A DNA stretch of 62,065 bases, the filler included, from Clostridia bacterium (lineage in GTDB: Bacteria; CBDUZB01; JAGLHV01), in NCBI GenBank assembly GCA_030637025.1. It is 4 parts of 4 records of this genome, joined end to end, with 100 filler letters (N's around TTAATTAATTAA, not from the genome) between each part and the next. Parts side by side here need not be neighbours in the genome. Positions count along the whole stretch, not along the records: positions 1 to 23,304 come from DAOVVV010000037.1; 3 more parts are not named here. The stretch is one strand, 5' to 3'. Of the stretch, positions 1 to 9,077 are shown in pieces (within the stretch, counting starts at the first letter, position 1; the number at the start of each line of letters is the position of its first letter). The notes below the pieces were generated by a model, which saw only the letters and a list, made by a program, of their open reading frames with translations, had not been told where the DNA came from and searched no databases. Made by a program: the position numbers and the translations under genes.

Positions 1-1397
1 CCTGCTAACATTCCGCTTGCTTCATCAATATTAGTTACTGTAATATCCCTACTGCCGGAAAAAACATTATCATCAACAGTAACATTAACTCGCAATTGAG
101 TAGCACTAATAAAATCAATGGAATTTATGGTTATCCCCGTTCCACCAAAGACAATATTAGCCCCATTATAAAAATTTAACCCGTTAACAACAATATCTAA
201 CGTTTCTCCGGGAGAAGCAAAAAAAGGAGAAAGAGAAAGAATCTGCGGCGAGCCAAGATATTTAATGGTATAATAATCATCATTTGCTCCATTGTCACTT
301 CCTCCGGTAACAATAATATTACTATTGTCATCTGTCGTTACTCCATACCCATAATCATTAAGAACCCCATCATAAGCTGTCGAAGAAATAACCATTAAAT
401 TGGCATCATATTTTATCGTAAAATAATCAAAACTTGCTCCATTGTCACTGTCTCCGGTAACAATAATATTATTATTCCCATCTGTTGTCACTCTATACGC
501 ACGATCCCAATTACCCCCATCATAGACTGCCGAACTAATAACCACTAAATTACTATCATATTTTATCGTAAAATAATCAAAATTTGCTCCATTGTGACTG
601 TCTCCAGTAACAATAATATTATTATTGCCATCTGTCGTTACTCCATACCCATAATCCGCATTACCCCCATCATAGACTGCCGAACTAATAATTACTAAAT
701 TACTATCATATTTTATCGTAAAATAATCATCATTGACTCCATTATCACAAGAACCAGTAACAATAATATTATTATTACCATCTGTCGTCACCCCATCCGC
801 ACTTTCAGTAGCACCTCCATCATAGGCCACCGAAGTAATAACCACTAAATTACTATCATATTTTATCGTAAAATAATCCCGATTTGCTCCAATAATACTA
901 CATCCGGTAACAATAATATTATTATTACCATCTGTCGTTACTCCATACCCATAATCCCAATTACCCCCATCATAGACTGCCGAAGTAATAACCACTAAAT
1001 TACTATCATATTTTACGGCACAATAATCAGTATTTACACCATTGTTAGAATATCCACTAACAATAATATTATTATTGCCATCTGCCGTTACTCCATATGC
1101 ACAATCATTATTACCCCCATCATAGGTTGCCGAACAAATAAATATTAAATTACTATCATATTTTATCGTAAAATAACCTTCATTTGGTCCATTCCAACTA
1201 TATCCGGTAACAATAATATTATTATTGCCATCTGTCGTCACTGAATACGCAACATCGTCATTGCCCCCATCATAGACTGCCGAAGAAAGAGAAATCAATG
1301 TTCCCGCTTGAACTTTAACATTAAAAGCAAACATAAATCCAACATAAACTAAAAAAATTATTCCTATTTTACGAAAATTTAAATATTCTCTTTTCAT
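1..1397 (-). CDS. Secreted 7-repeat beta-propeller (SBBP-like) + IPT/TIG protein, paralogue of 1555..3267; 3' end runs off the window
   Basis: Not in the ORF track. Manual translation from ATG at 1397 gives MKREYLNFRKIGIIFLVYVGFMFAFNVKVQAG, then seven 50-aa YDGGN-D-YGVTTDGNNNIIVTG-DYFTIKYD repeats and LGSPQILSLSPFFASPGETL. DNA ~1-260 nearly matches ~1884-2145. Confidence 0.9.
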   Translation of the reverse strand, partial: MKREYLNFRKIGIIFLVYVGFMFAFNVKVQAGTLISLSSAVYDGGNDDVAYSVTTDGNNNIIVTGYSWNGPNEGYFTIKYDSNLIFICSATYDGGNNDCAYGVTADGNNNIIVSGYSNNGVNTDYCAVKYDSNLVVITSAVYDGGNWDYGYGVTTDGNNNIIVTGCSIIGANRDYFTIKYDSNLVVITSVAYDGGATESADGVTTDGNNNIIVTGSCDNGVNDDYFTIKYDSNLVIISSAVYDGGNADYGYGVTTDGNNNIIVTGDSHNGANFDYFTIKYDSNLVVISSAVYDGGNWDRAYRVTTDGNNNIIVTGDSDNGASFDYFTIKYDANLMVISSTAYDGVLNDYGYGVTTDDNSNIIVTGGSDNGANDDYYTIKYLGSPQILSLSPFFASPGETLDIVVNGLNFYNGANIVFGGTGITINSIDFISATQLRVNVTVDDNVFSGSRDITVTNIDEASGMLA

Positions 1398-1554
1398 CTA
1401 AAATAATCCTCCTGATTTTGTTCTATTAAAAATCAATAAAGAAAAATAAAGACACAATGTGTTTTGAATTTAATATTTGCCTTTTGTTCATTGTCTTGTC
1501 TTTTACCAATTCAACAAATTTAAACCAATTCAACTGTCTTTTTAACTGTCTTTT

Positions 1555-3267
1555 TTATTTTGCCACCACAACCGTCCCGTTAAACACTTTCCCACCCACT
1601 TTAATCTGATATATATATACCTTACCACTTACAACATACCCACTACTATCCCTGCCATCCCAGGTTAAAGATGTCGTACTACTTGACAGTAAGTTCTCCC
1701 TTACCACACTGCCCGATAAATCAAAAATCATTCCCTCAACTGTTTCGTTATTAGGATTGGTAAAAATAAAATTAGCTACATCATTTATTCCGTCTCCATT
1801 AGGAGTGATTATTTTAGGAATTAACTCAACAAAACGAGATTCTTCTTCCTCCTGAAAACTAATGTTTTCCCTAATTTCAAATCCTCCTGCTAACATTCCG
1901 CTTGCTTCATCAATATTAGTTACTGTAATATCCCTACTGCCGGAAAAAGCATTATCATCAACGGTAACATTGGCTCGCAATTGAGTAGCACTAATAAAAT
2001 CAATGGAATTTATGGTTATTCCTGTACCACTAAACATAATATTTGCTCCATTATAAAAATTTAACCCGTTAACAACAATATCTAACGTTTCTCCGGGAGA
2101 AGCAAAAAAAGGAGAAAGAGAAAATATTTGAGGCGAACCAAGATATTTTATGGTAAAATAATCATTGCTTGCTACATTCCAACTGGCTCCTGTAACAATT
2201 ATATTATTATTCCCATCCGTCGTTACTCCATATGCAGAATCACCACCCCCATCATAAGCTACCGAAGAAATAACCACTAAATTATTATCATATTTTATGG
2301 TAAAATAATCAAAATTTATTCCATTACTTCTTTCTCCGCTAATAATAATATTATTATTAGCGTCTGTCGTCACTCCACTCGCAACATCAGTATTACCTCC
2401 ATCATAGACTGCAGAAGTAATAGCCACTAAATTATTATCATATTTTATGGTAAAATAATCATCATTTGTTCCGTTGTGACTAAATCCGGCAACAATAATA
2501 TTATTATTATCATCTGTCGTCACTCCATACGCATAATCATTATTACCTGCATCATAGGCTGCTGAAGTAATAAATACTAAATCACTATCATATTTTATGG
2601 TAAAATAATCAAAATTTGCTCCATTACTACTTCTTCCGGTAACAACAATATTATTATTCCCATCCGTCGTCACTCCACTCGCAACATCAGTATTACCTCC
2701 ATCATAGACTGCAGAAGTAATAGCCACTAAATTATTATCATATTTTATGGTAAAATAATCAAAACTACTATATCCGGTAACAATAATATTATTGTTACCG
2801 TCTGTCGTCACTCCACACACCCCGTCAGTATTACCTCCATCATAGACTGCAGAAGTAATAGCCACTAAATTATTATCATATTTTATGGTAAAATAATCAT
2901 CATTTGTTCCGTTGTGACTAAATCCGGTAACAATAATATTATTATTACCATCTGTCGTCACTCCATACGCATAATCATTATTACCTGCATCATAGGCTGC
3001 TGAAGTAATAAATACTAAATCACTATCATATTTTATGGTAAAATAATCAAAATCTGCTCCATTCAAACTGTATCCGGTAACAATAATATTATTATTACCA
3101 TCTGTCGTCACTCCATACGCATAATCACTATTACCCCCATCATAGCTTACCGAATCAATAGGAATCAATGTCCCCGCCCAAAGTTTAACATTGAAAATAA
3201 ACATAACCCCGACATAAACCAAAAAAAACAATCCTAATTTACAAAAATTTAAATATTTTCTTTTCAT
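1555..3267 (-). CDS. Secreted beta-propeller (SBBP-like repeats) + IPT/TIG + T9SS type-B-like (gliding-motility-associated) C-terminal domain
   Basis: Signal peptide, seven ~50-aa repeats, and C-terminus PKIITPNGDGIND...WDGRD...YIYQIK...GTVVVAK. Confidence 0.85.
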   Translation of the reverse strand: MKRKYLNFCKLGLFFLVYVGVMFIFNVKLWAGTLIPIDSVSYDGGNSDYAYGVTTDGNNNIIVTGYSLNGADFDYFTIKYDSDLVFITSAAYDAGNNDYAYGVTTDGNNNIIVTGFSHNGTNDDYFTIKYDNNLVAITSAVYDGGNTDGVCGVTTDGNNNIIVTGYSSFDYFTIKYDNNLVAITSAVYDGGNTDVASGVTTDGNNNIVVTGRSSNGANFDYFTIKYDSDLVFITSAAYDAGNNDYAYGVTTDDNNNIIVAGFSHNGTNDDYFTIKYDNNLVAITSAVYDGGNTDVASGVTTDANNNIIISGERSNGINFDYFTIKYDNNLVVISSVAYDGGGDSAYGVTTDGNNNIIVTGASWNVASNDYFTIKYLGSPQIFSLSPFFASPGETLDIVVNGLNFYNGANIMFSGTGITINSIDFISATQLRANVTVDDNAFSGSRDITVTNIDEASGMLAGGFEIRENISFQEEEESRFVELIPKIITPNGDGINDVANFIFTNPNNETVEGMIFDLSGSVVRENLLSSSTTSLTWDGRDSSGYVVSGKVYIYQIKVGGKVFNGTVVVAK

Positions 3268-3364
3268 CTATTGTAATAATTCTCCTTACTAATAAATACT
3301 GTGTCACAAATAGTCGCGTCATACATTGTCATAAACACAAATAAGCAAACTCCCAAATTCAAAC

Positions 3365-3392
3365 TTCCCGCCTTATCCGCCAGTCTGTAAGG
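3365..3392 (+). repeat. 28-bp palindromic intergenic repeat, identical copy at 40970-40997
   Basis: TTCCCGCCTTATCCGCCAGTCTGTAAGG on two contigs. Confidence 0.8.
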
Positions 3393-3409
3393 AGGATCTT
3401 TCTCTTTTT

Positions 3410-3450
3410 ACTTTGTGCCTCTGTGCCTTGATGCCTTTGTGCCTGTCTTT
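3410..3450 (+). repeat. Intergenic (TTGTGCCT)-like octamer array; same ~41-bp block at 16691-16731 and 18901-18941
   Basis: ACTTTGTGCCTCTGTGCCTTGATGCCTTTGTGCCTGTCTTT read at all three sites. Confidence 0.85.
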
Positions 3451-3654
3451 TATTCTTGTTTTTTATCTTTTATCTATCGATTGTGGACTATGGACTATGG
3501 ACTATGGGACTATCTTTTAACTTTATTTTTACTTCGCCACCACCACCAACCTTACCCCTTACACAACTCTCACCATGATCCCACTCATCTCAGGTTAAAG
3601 AAGGACACCACACTTGTAATTTATAACTATAGTCTATATTTATGAACTGAGAAT

Positions 3655-4773
3655 TTAATCTGAAGGAGTAGTCTTTTGAATATTTTGTTCTAAATAAGCT
3701 TCTATAAATCTACTAATTTCTCCGTCCATCACTGCTTCTACATTTCCCGTTTCCGTTCCGGTACGATGATCTTTGACCATAGTATAGGGACAGAAGACAT
3801 AAGAACGAATCTGGTTTCCCCAGGCAATATCACTTTTTTGATCATAATTTTTTTCTATAGCTTTTTTCCTTTTTTCTTCTTCCAGATTAAAAAGCTTCGC
3901 CTTGAGCACCTTCATTGCGGTTGCTTTATTTTTAAACTGAGAACGTTCATTCTGGCATTGTACCACAATATTGGTAGGTAAATGGGTAATACGTACTGCG
4001 GAATCCGTCTTATTTACATGTTGCCCCCCGTGCCCGCTGGCCCGGTAAGTATCTATTCGTAAGTCCTTTTCATCAATATCCACTTTTATTTCGTCAGCTA
4101 TTTCCGGCATTACATCACAGGAAGCAAAAGAAGTATGACGCCGTTTATTAGAATCAAAAGGAGAAATACGCACTAAACGATGAACACCCACTTCTGCTTT
4201 TAAATAACCATAAGCATATTTACCCTTGACCATAAAAGTAACTCTTTTTATTCCTGCTTCTTCTCCGGGTAAAATATCAATAATTTTAATCAAGTACCCT
4301 TGTCTTTCTATCCACCGATTATACATTCGCAAAAGCATTTCTACCCAATCACACGCTTCTGTCCCTCCTGCCCCGGAATGAAGGGTAACAATAGCATTGT
4401 TTTCATCATACTTTTCACTCAACTTACATTGAAGCAAAAAACTCTTAAGTTTTCTTTCTAACAGTTCTATATCTTTCTCCAATTCACCAAATTCCGACTC
4501 TCCTTCTTCACAAAGTAATTCCATTAAAACAAATAAATCCTCAAGGCTTTTTTTAAAACCCTGCAAGGAATCTACCGCATTTTTCAAATTACTTATTTCC
4601 TGCATTATTTTTTGTGCTTCCTGCGGATTATCCCAAAAATTTCCTGCGGCAGTTTCTTGTTCTAATTTTTTAATTAGTTTTTCTTTTTCTTTAATCTTAA
4701 GATTTTTTTCCAATCGTCCCAAAGAATCAGAAATTACATTCAACTTTTCTTTTAATTCATTTAATTCTTTCAT
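3655..4773 (-). CDS. prfB: Peptide chain release factor 2, continuous ORF
   Basis: GGQHVNKTDSAVR (GGQ), RISPFD (SPF specificity motif), WGNQIRSY. Confidence 0.97.
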   Translation of the reverse strand: MKELNELKEKLNVISDSLGRLEKNLKIKEKEKLIKKLEQETAAGNFWDNPQEAQKIMQEISNLKNAVDSLQGFKKSLEDLFVLMELLCEEGESEFGELEKDIELLERKLKSFLLQCKLSEKYDENNAIVTLHSGAGGTEACDWVEMLLRMYNRWIERQGYLIKIIDILPGEEAGIKRVTFMVKGKYAYGYLKAEVGVHRLVRISPFDSNKRRHTSFASCDVMPEIADEIKVDIDEKDLRIDTYRASGHGGQHVNKTDSAVRITHLPTNIVVQCQNERSQFKNKATAMKVLKAKLFNLEEEKRKKAIEKNYDQKSDIAWGNQIRSYVFCPYTMVKDHRTGTETGNVEAVMDGEISRFIEAYLEQNIQKTTPSD

Positions 4774-5002
4774 TTTTTTGTTTTTCCCCTAAAAGATTTT
4801 TAAAAATAGTCTGGATAAAATATAACAAAAAAAAGTCTATATTGTAAAGCAAAATAATAAAACCGTTTAAATAATTACTGTTTTTTAAAAAAAAGACAAA
4901 TAACAAACTATACAAACACAAAAATTAAACAACTCTTGACAAAATAAGTTATTGTGTTATTTTTGAAATGTAGTAGCAGTACAGGGGGAAAAGCTAATTT
5001 AT

Positions 5003-5085
5003 TTCGACAAAAGCAAATCTCGAGCAATCGAGAGACGCAAAGCCACGGTCCACCATTAAGTAATGGCGGAAGCCGGGCTACCGAA
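5003..5085 (+). ncRNA. GEMM-I riboswitch (c-di-GMP-I fold), A20 variant typical of 3',3'-cGAMP sensors
   Basis: CG-ACAAAA-GCAAA-UCUCGA(GCAA)UCGAGA-GACGCAAAGCCACGG...AGCCGGGCUACCG; matches the GEMM consensus and ends a few nt before the ATG at 5088. Confidence 0.88.
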
Positions 5086-5087
5086 AA

Positions 5088-7556
5088 ATGAAAAACAAAT
5101 TAGCCATTTTCCTATTAATTTTATCAAGCCAGGCGTTCCTTGCCGGCGAAAAAACTTATGCAGTAATTAATCCATCTTTAACTAAAAATTCAATGCAATT
5201 TCATCCTTCAAAAAATAAATTCAAGGTAAAAACTATACCCCGGGAAATTTTAATTAAATTCAAGTCAAATTCTTTATTGATAAAAAATCAGTTTTCCTTA
5301 AAAAACAAACAACATAAAATAAAAAACATCTTTACCCTCTCCGGTCAGAAAAACATAAAAGAAAAAAACATTTCCAAATGGCATAAAATCTCTTTACCCC
5401 CAAATACAACGTTAGAGGAACTATCCGAAATTTACAAGAATTGCCCTGAGATAGAATTGGTAGAACCAAACCACATCTACGATATCTGCAGTTCCCCTAA
5501 CGATCCTTATTATAATTCTTCTACCAGCTGGGGACAATCTTACCGGGATATGTGGGGATTACACAAAATAGGCCTTTCCCATGCATGGGAAATAGAAAAA
5601 GGGAATGCATCAATTATTGTAGCCGTGGTAGATACGGGAATAGACCATACCCATCCGGATATCACTCATAATATCTGGCATAATTCCGGAGAAATTCCCG
5701 ATAACGGTATTGACGACGATCACAATGGCTATATAGATGACACAATAGGATGGAATTTTACTAATAATTCTAATGACCCTAAAGATGGACAAGGACACGG
5801 CAGTCACATTGCCGGGACTATTGCCGGAATAACTAATAATGCGACAGGAATTAGCGGAATTTCCTGGAATTCACAAATAATGTCCGTTAAAGGAATAAGT
5901 GATAACGGCTGGGGAACAGCCGCTGACTTAGCCAACAGTATAAAATATGCAGCTGATAACGGAGCGAACATTATTAATTTAAGCTGGGGAGGAATAGGTA
6001 CCAGCTGGATAATAAAAGAAGCCCTGGATTATGCTTACAGTAAAGGATGTATTATTGTTGCCGCTGCCGGAAATAGTAATCAGGATGTAAATACTTTTTT
6101 CCCTGCTAATTATGAAAAGGCTATTACTGTTGCCGCAACTAATTTTCTGGACGAAAAAACTTTTTTTTCTAATTATGGAACGAAAATTGATGTCGCAGCT
6201 CCGGGAATGGATATTTTATCTCTAAAAGCCGAAGGAACGGTTACTTCCGGGGTTGTAGGAACTAATTACTGCCGATTAAGCGGCACCAGTATGTCAGCAC
6301 CTCATGTTTGTGGAATAGCCGCTCTTATTCTTTCCCGGCATCCTGATTATACCAACGAAAAAATCGCTACACTCATAACCTGCTCTGCAGATGATTTGGG
6401 AGAGGAAGGAAAAGATATTTATTTTGGCTGGGGTCGAATAAACGCTTATAAAGCCCTCTTAGCCAGTGACGGAATATTTATTACCGACAGGGATTTAACG
6501 GTAATAGATACCCCTGGTGATAAAGGAAAAAGTATAACTATTTCCTGGCCGAAAAATTCCTACTCTGAAATTGAAGGATATAAAATCTATTACAGTCTTA
6601 CTTCTTTTACCGACTTATCGCAAGCCACTTATTATCCTTCTTCTCCTCTAAACAATCCCCAGGCAACTTCTGCTATTATAACTAACTTAGGAAGCGAATC
6701 CTGCGGTTATTATTTTTCTGTAATCGGAAATATTGACCGGGAAACAATGAGTACAGATTTAAACTTAACCACTTCTTTTTCTACTACAGAAGCAACCTAT
6801 CCGGTAAATAATACTATTAATACACTTACTGATAATGAAGTTATTATCGCCGGATTTGACCCGCAAACTAAAGTCGTTATTCCTCAGGGAACAAGCAATA
6901 ATGAAAAAACATTGGATATTTTTAAACCTAACACTTCCGAATTACCCAATCAAGAAGGGGAAGAGTTTTCCTCTCTGAACGACCAATCAGATGAACTTCT
7001 ATCTACTATCAGAGAAATCAAAACTTCTTCGGATTTAGCAGGAAGAATTAATCTAACTATTCCTTATCAAATAAGTTACTCTTCTTCCCCTCTTTATTCT
7101 CAAGAAAACAATTTAAGAATTTTTCAATTAAATGAAATCAAAAAATCATGGGAAATGGTTTCCGGTTTTCAAAAAGTAGATAAAGTGTTTAAGAACGTTT
7201 CTTGTGAAATTGAAAATCCTGATTGGCAAAATAGCACATTATACCGGATATTTCCGGCAATTCTCCATGCCCAAAAATTAAATCAAGTATGGGTTTATCC
7301 TAATCCCTATAAACCTAATTCTTTCAGTCATCATACTAAAATAATTTTTAGTAATTTAACACAGGAAGCAACGATAAGAATTTTCAATCTTGCAGGAGAA
7401 ATGGTCTTTAAAGGACAGGAAACGGATAGTGACGGAAAATACCAATGGCCGGTGACAAATAATAACGGAAAGAAACTGGCCAGTGGAATATATATTTATT
7501 TAATTACTAATAATCAAGGAGATAAGAAAACAGGTAAAATAGGAGTTATAAAATGA
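5088..7556 (+). CDS. S8 subtilisin-like serine peptidase with T9SS type-A-like CTD
   Basis: Catalytic triad motifs VVDTGID, HGSHIAG, GTSMSAP; C-terminus VYPNPYKP...IRIFNLAGE...LASGIYIY...KIGVIK. Confidence 0.92.
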   Translation: MKNKLAIFLLILSSQAFLAGEKTYAVINPSLTKNSMQFHPSKNKFKVKTIPREILIKFKSNSLLIKNQFSLKNKQHKIKNIFTLSGQKNIKEKNISKWHKISLPPNTTLEELSEIYKNCPEIELVEPNHIYDICSSPNDPYYNSSTSWGQSYRDMWGLHKIGLSHAWEIEKGNASIIVAVVDTGIDHTHPDITHNIWHNSGEIPDNGIDDDHNGYIDDTIGWNFTNNSNDPKDGQGHGSHIAGTIAGITNNATGISGISWNSQIMSVKGISDNGWGTAADLANSIKYAADNGANIINLSWGGIGTSWIIKEALDYAYSKGCIIVAAAGNSNQDVNTFFPANYEKAITVAATNFLDEKTFFSNYGTKIDVAAPGMDILSLKAEGTVTSGVVGTNYCRLSGTSMSAPHVCGIAALILSRHPDYTNEKIATLITCSADDLGEEGKDIYFGWGRINAYKALLASDGIFITDRDLTVIDTPGDKGKSITISWPKNSYSEIEGYKIYYSLTSFTDLSQATYYPSSPLNNPQATSAIITNLGSESCGYYFSVIGNIDRETMSTDLNLTTSFSTTEATYPVNNTINTLTDNEVIIAGFDPQTKVVIPQGTSNNEKTLDIFKPNTSELPNQEGEEFSSLNDQSDELLSTIREIKTSSDLAGRINLTIPYQISYSSSPLYSQENNLRIFQLNEIKKSWEMVSGFQKVDKVFKNVSCEIENPDWQNSTLYRIFPAILHAQKLNQVWVYPNPYKPNSFSHHTKIIFSNLTQEATIRIFNLAGEMVFKGQETDSDGKYQWPVTNNNGKKLASGIYIYLITNNQGDKKTGKIGVIK

Positions 7557-8485
7557 AAATTATTTTATTATTACTAATAAATTATTTCTGTTTGTTCTGC
7601 GGAATTTGTTTTACCTCTAATATAGGCACTACAGGAGCTCAATTCTTAAAAATCGGTATAGGTGCCCGCCCTATCGCTATGGGTGAAGCTTTTGTTGCTG
7701 TAGCCAACGATGCTAATTCCTGCTATTGGAACCCTGCCGGATTAAGTGAAATTACAACCCGGCAAACAACTACTACCTATATTCAATGGCTCGAAGAAAT
7801 TGGATATAACTACTCCAGTTATATCCAACCTATAAAGGATAACCATTTTCATTATGGAACAATCGGGCTTAGCGTAGCTTATTTGGGTATGGATGCTATC
7901 CCCAAAACCCAAATCGATTCCAATGATAACCTCGTAGAAACAGGAAAAACCTTTGATGCTTTAGACCTTGCTTTTATTTTTTCTTACGGGGGAAGAATAA
8001 AAAAATTTCTTTTGGGTTATAACATTAAATATATCAAACAAACAATTGAAGCAGAAAATGCTTCTACTTATAGTTTTGATTTAGGAATGAAATATCTTTC
8101 TTCCGATAACCTCTCTTTTGGTTTAGTTGCACAAAATATCATCGGTAAAATTAAATTTGTCAAAGAAGAAGATTCCCTGCCATTGAACATTAAAGGCGGT
8201 ATCGCCTATAAAACGGCTCATAATTCCTTGTTTTCCATAGACATTCATTTCCCGTTGGAAATAAACCAACCCAGTTACCACCTGGGCGGAGAACAAATCT
8301 TAAGTAATTTACTTATCCTTCGCGGAGGATATAAAATTAATACCCTCTCTGAATCTAATGAATTATCCGGATTATCTCTTGGACTGGGCCTTAATTGGAG
8401 AAAATACCATTTAGATTATGCCTGGGTACCTCATGGCAATTTAGGTCAAACTCATCATCTTTCTTTTTTCCTGAAGTTTAACTAG
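7553..8485 (+). CDS. PorV/PorQ-family (FadL-like) outer-membrane beta-barrel
   Basis: GAQFLKIGIGARPIAMGEAFVAVANDA-YWNPAGL N-terminus; DYAW...HHLSFFLKF end; 4-nt overlap with the peptidase gene. Confidence 0.85.
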   Translation: MKIILLLLINYFCLFCGICFTSNIGTTGAQFLKIGIGARPIAMGEAFVAVANDANSCYWNPAGLSEITTRQTTTTYIQWLEEIGYNYSSYIQPIKDNHFHYGTIGLSVAYLGMDAIPKTQIDSNDNLVETGKTFDALDLAFIFSYGGRIKKFLLGYNIKYIKQTIEAENASTYSFDLGMKYLSSDNLSFGLVAQNIIGKIKFVKEEDSLPLNIKGGIAYKTAHNSLFSIDIHFPLEINQPSYHLGGEQILSNLLILRGGYKINTLSESNELSGLSLGLGLNWRKYHLDYAWVPHGNLGQTHHLSFFLKFN

Positions 8486-8933
8486 CACCACCTACTGCCG
8501 AAACCCCTTTTAAATTAGGTAGCCAGGGAACAGTGTGAATATTATATGCTTCTTCTTTAAAGGAAAGAGACCTTACTGAGGCAAAAGAGAACTTCAACAG
8601 ATGGGAGCGAAGCAACTTATCTTTAATTTTCAAATGAGAAATAATTCCTTTATTTATCTTCGAAGCAAGGATTATATTAGTAATATCTTCCTGTTTAAAA
8701 TCCCGATTAATTACCTGTTTTTTAAAAAAAACAAAAGACATTAATCTGCATCTATTAGAAAAACTATTAAAATTATTAATTATTTTAGGAAAAGAAACAA
8801 CATTGGGTAGAAATAATGTATTCACATAGGCCCAGGTATGTACAGAAACTAAAACACCCACCAGGATAATAACTACACCTATCATCCTCAACTTAAAAAA
8901 TAAATTTTTTCTTTTTTTAACTAATTTAAACAT
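8478..8933 (-). CDS. Hypothetical protein with N-terminal hydrophobic segment
   Basis: 151-aa ORF filling the gap between two barrel genes; no recognisable motif. Confidence 0.4.
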   Translation of the reverse strand: MFKLVKKRKNLFFKLRMIGVVIILVGVLVSVHTWAYVNTLFLPNVVSFPKIINNFNSFSNRCRLMSFVFFKKQVINRDFKQEDITNIILASKINKGIISHLKIKDKLLRSHLLKFSFASVRSLSFKEEAYNIHTVPWLPNLKGVSAVGGAS

Positions 8934-9077
8934 TTTACCGGCTCTTTTTATACTTCAAATTCCAAACACTACAAGATTTATTGTAATATAAAAAAAAAAT
9001 AAAATCAAGCACAAAAAACAAAAAAAAAGGAACGGTTTTATTTTTTTAAAATTTAAAAAATAGAACCATCCTCTTTC

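Noticed and set aside
255-3150. 150-bp periodic repeats as a CRISPR array or DGR template/variable region
   Set aside because: In-frame protein repeats with no spacers, no cas or reverse transcriptase, and differences not restricted to adenines.
3415-3645. Short ORFs 3415..3645, 12025..12303, 18904..19089, 40889..41113 and the many antisense ORFs inside long genes
   Set aside because: Translations of repeats or shadow frames, with no RBS or domain signal.
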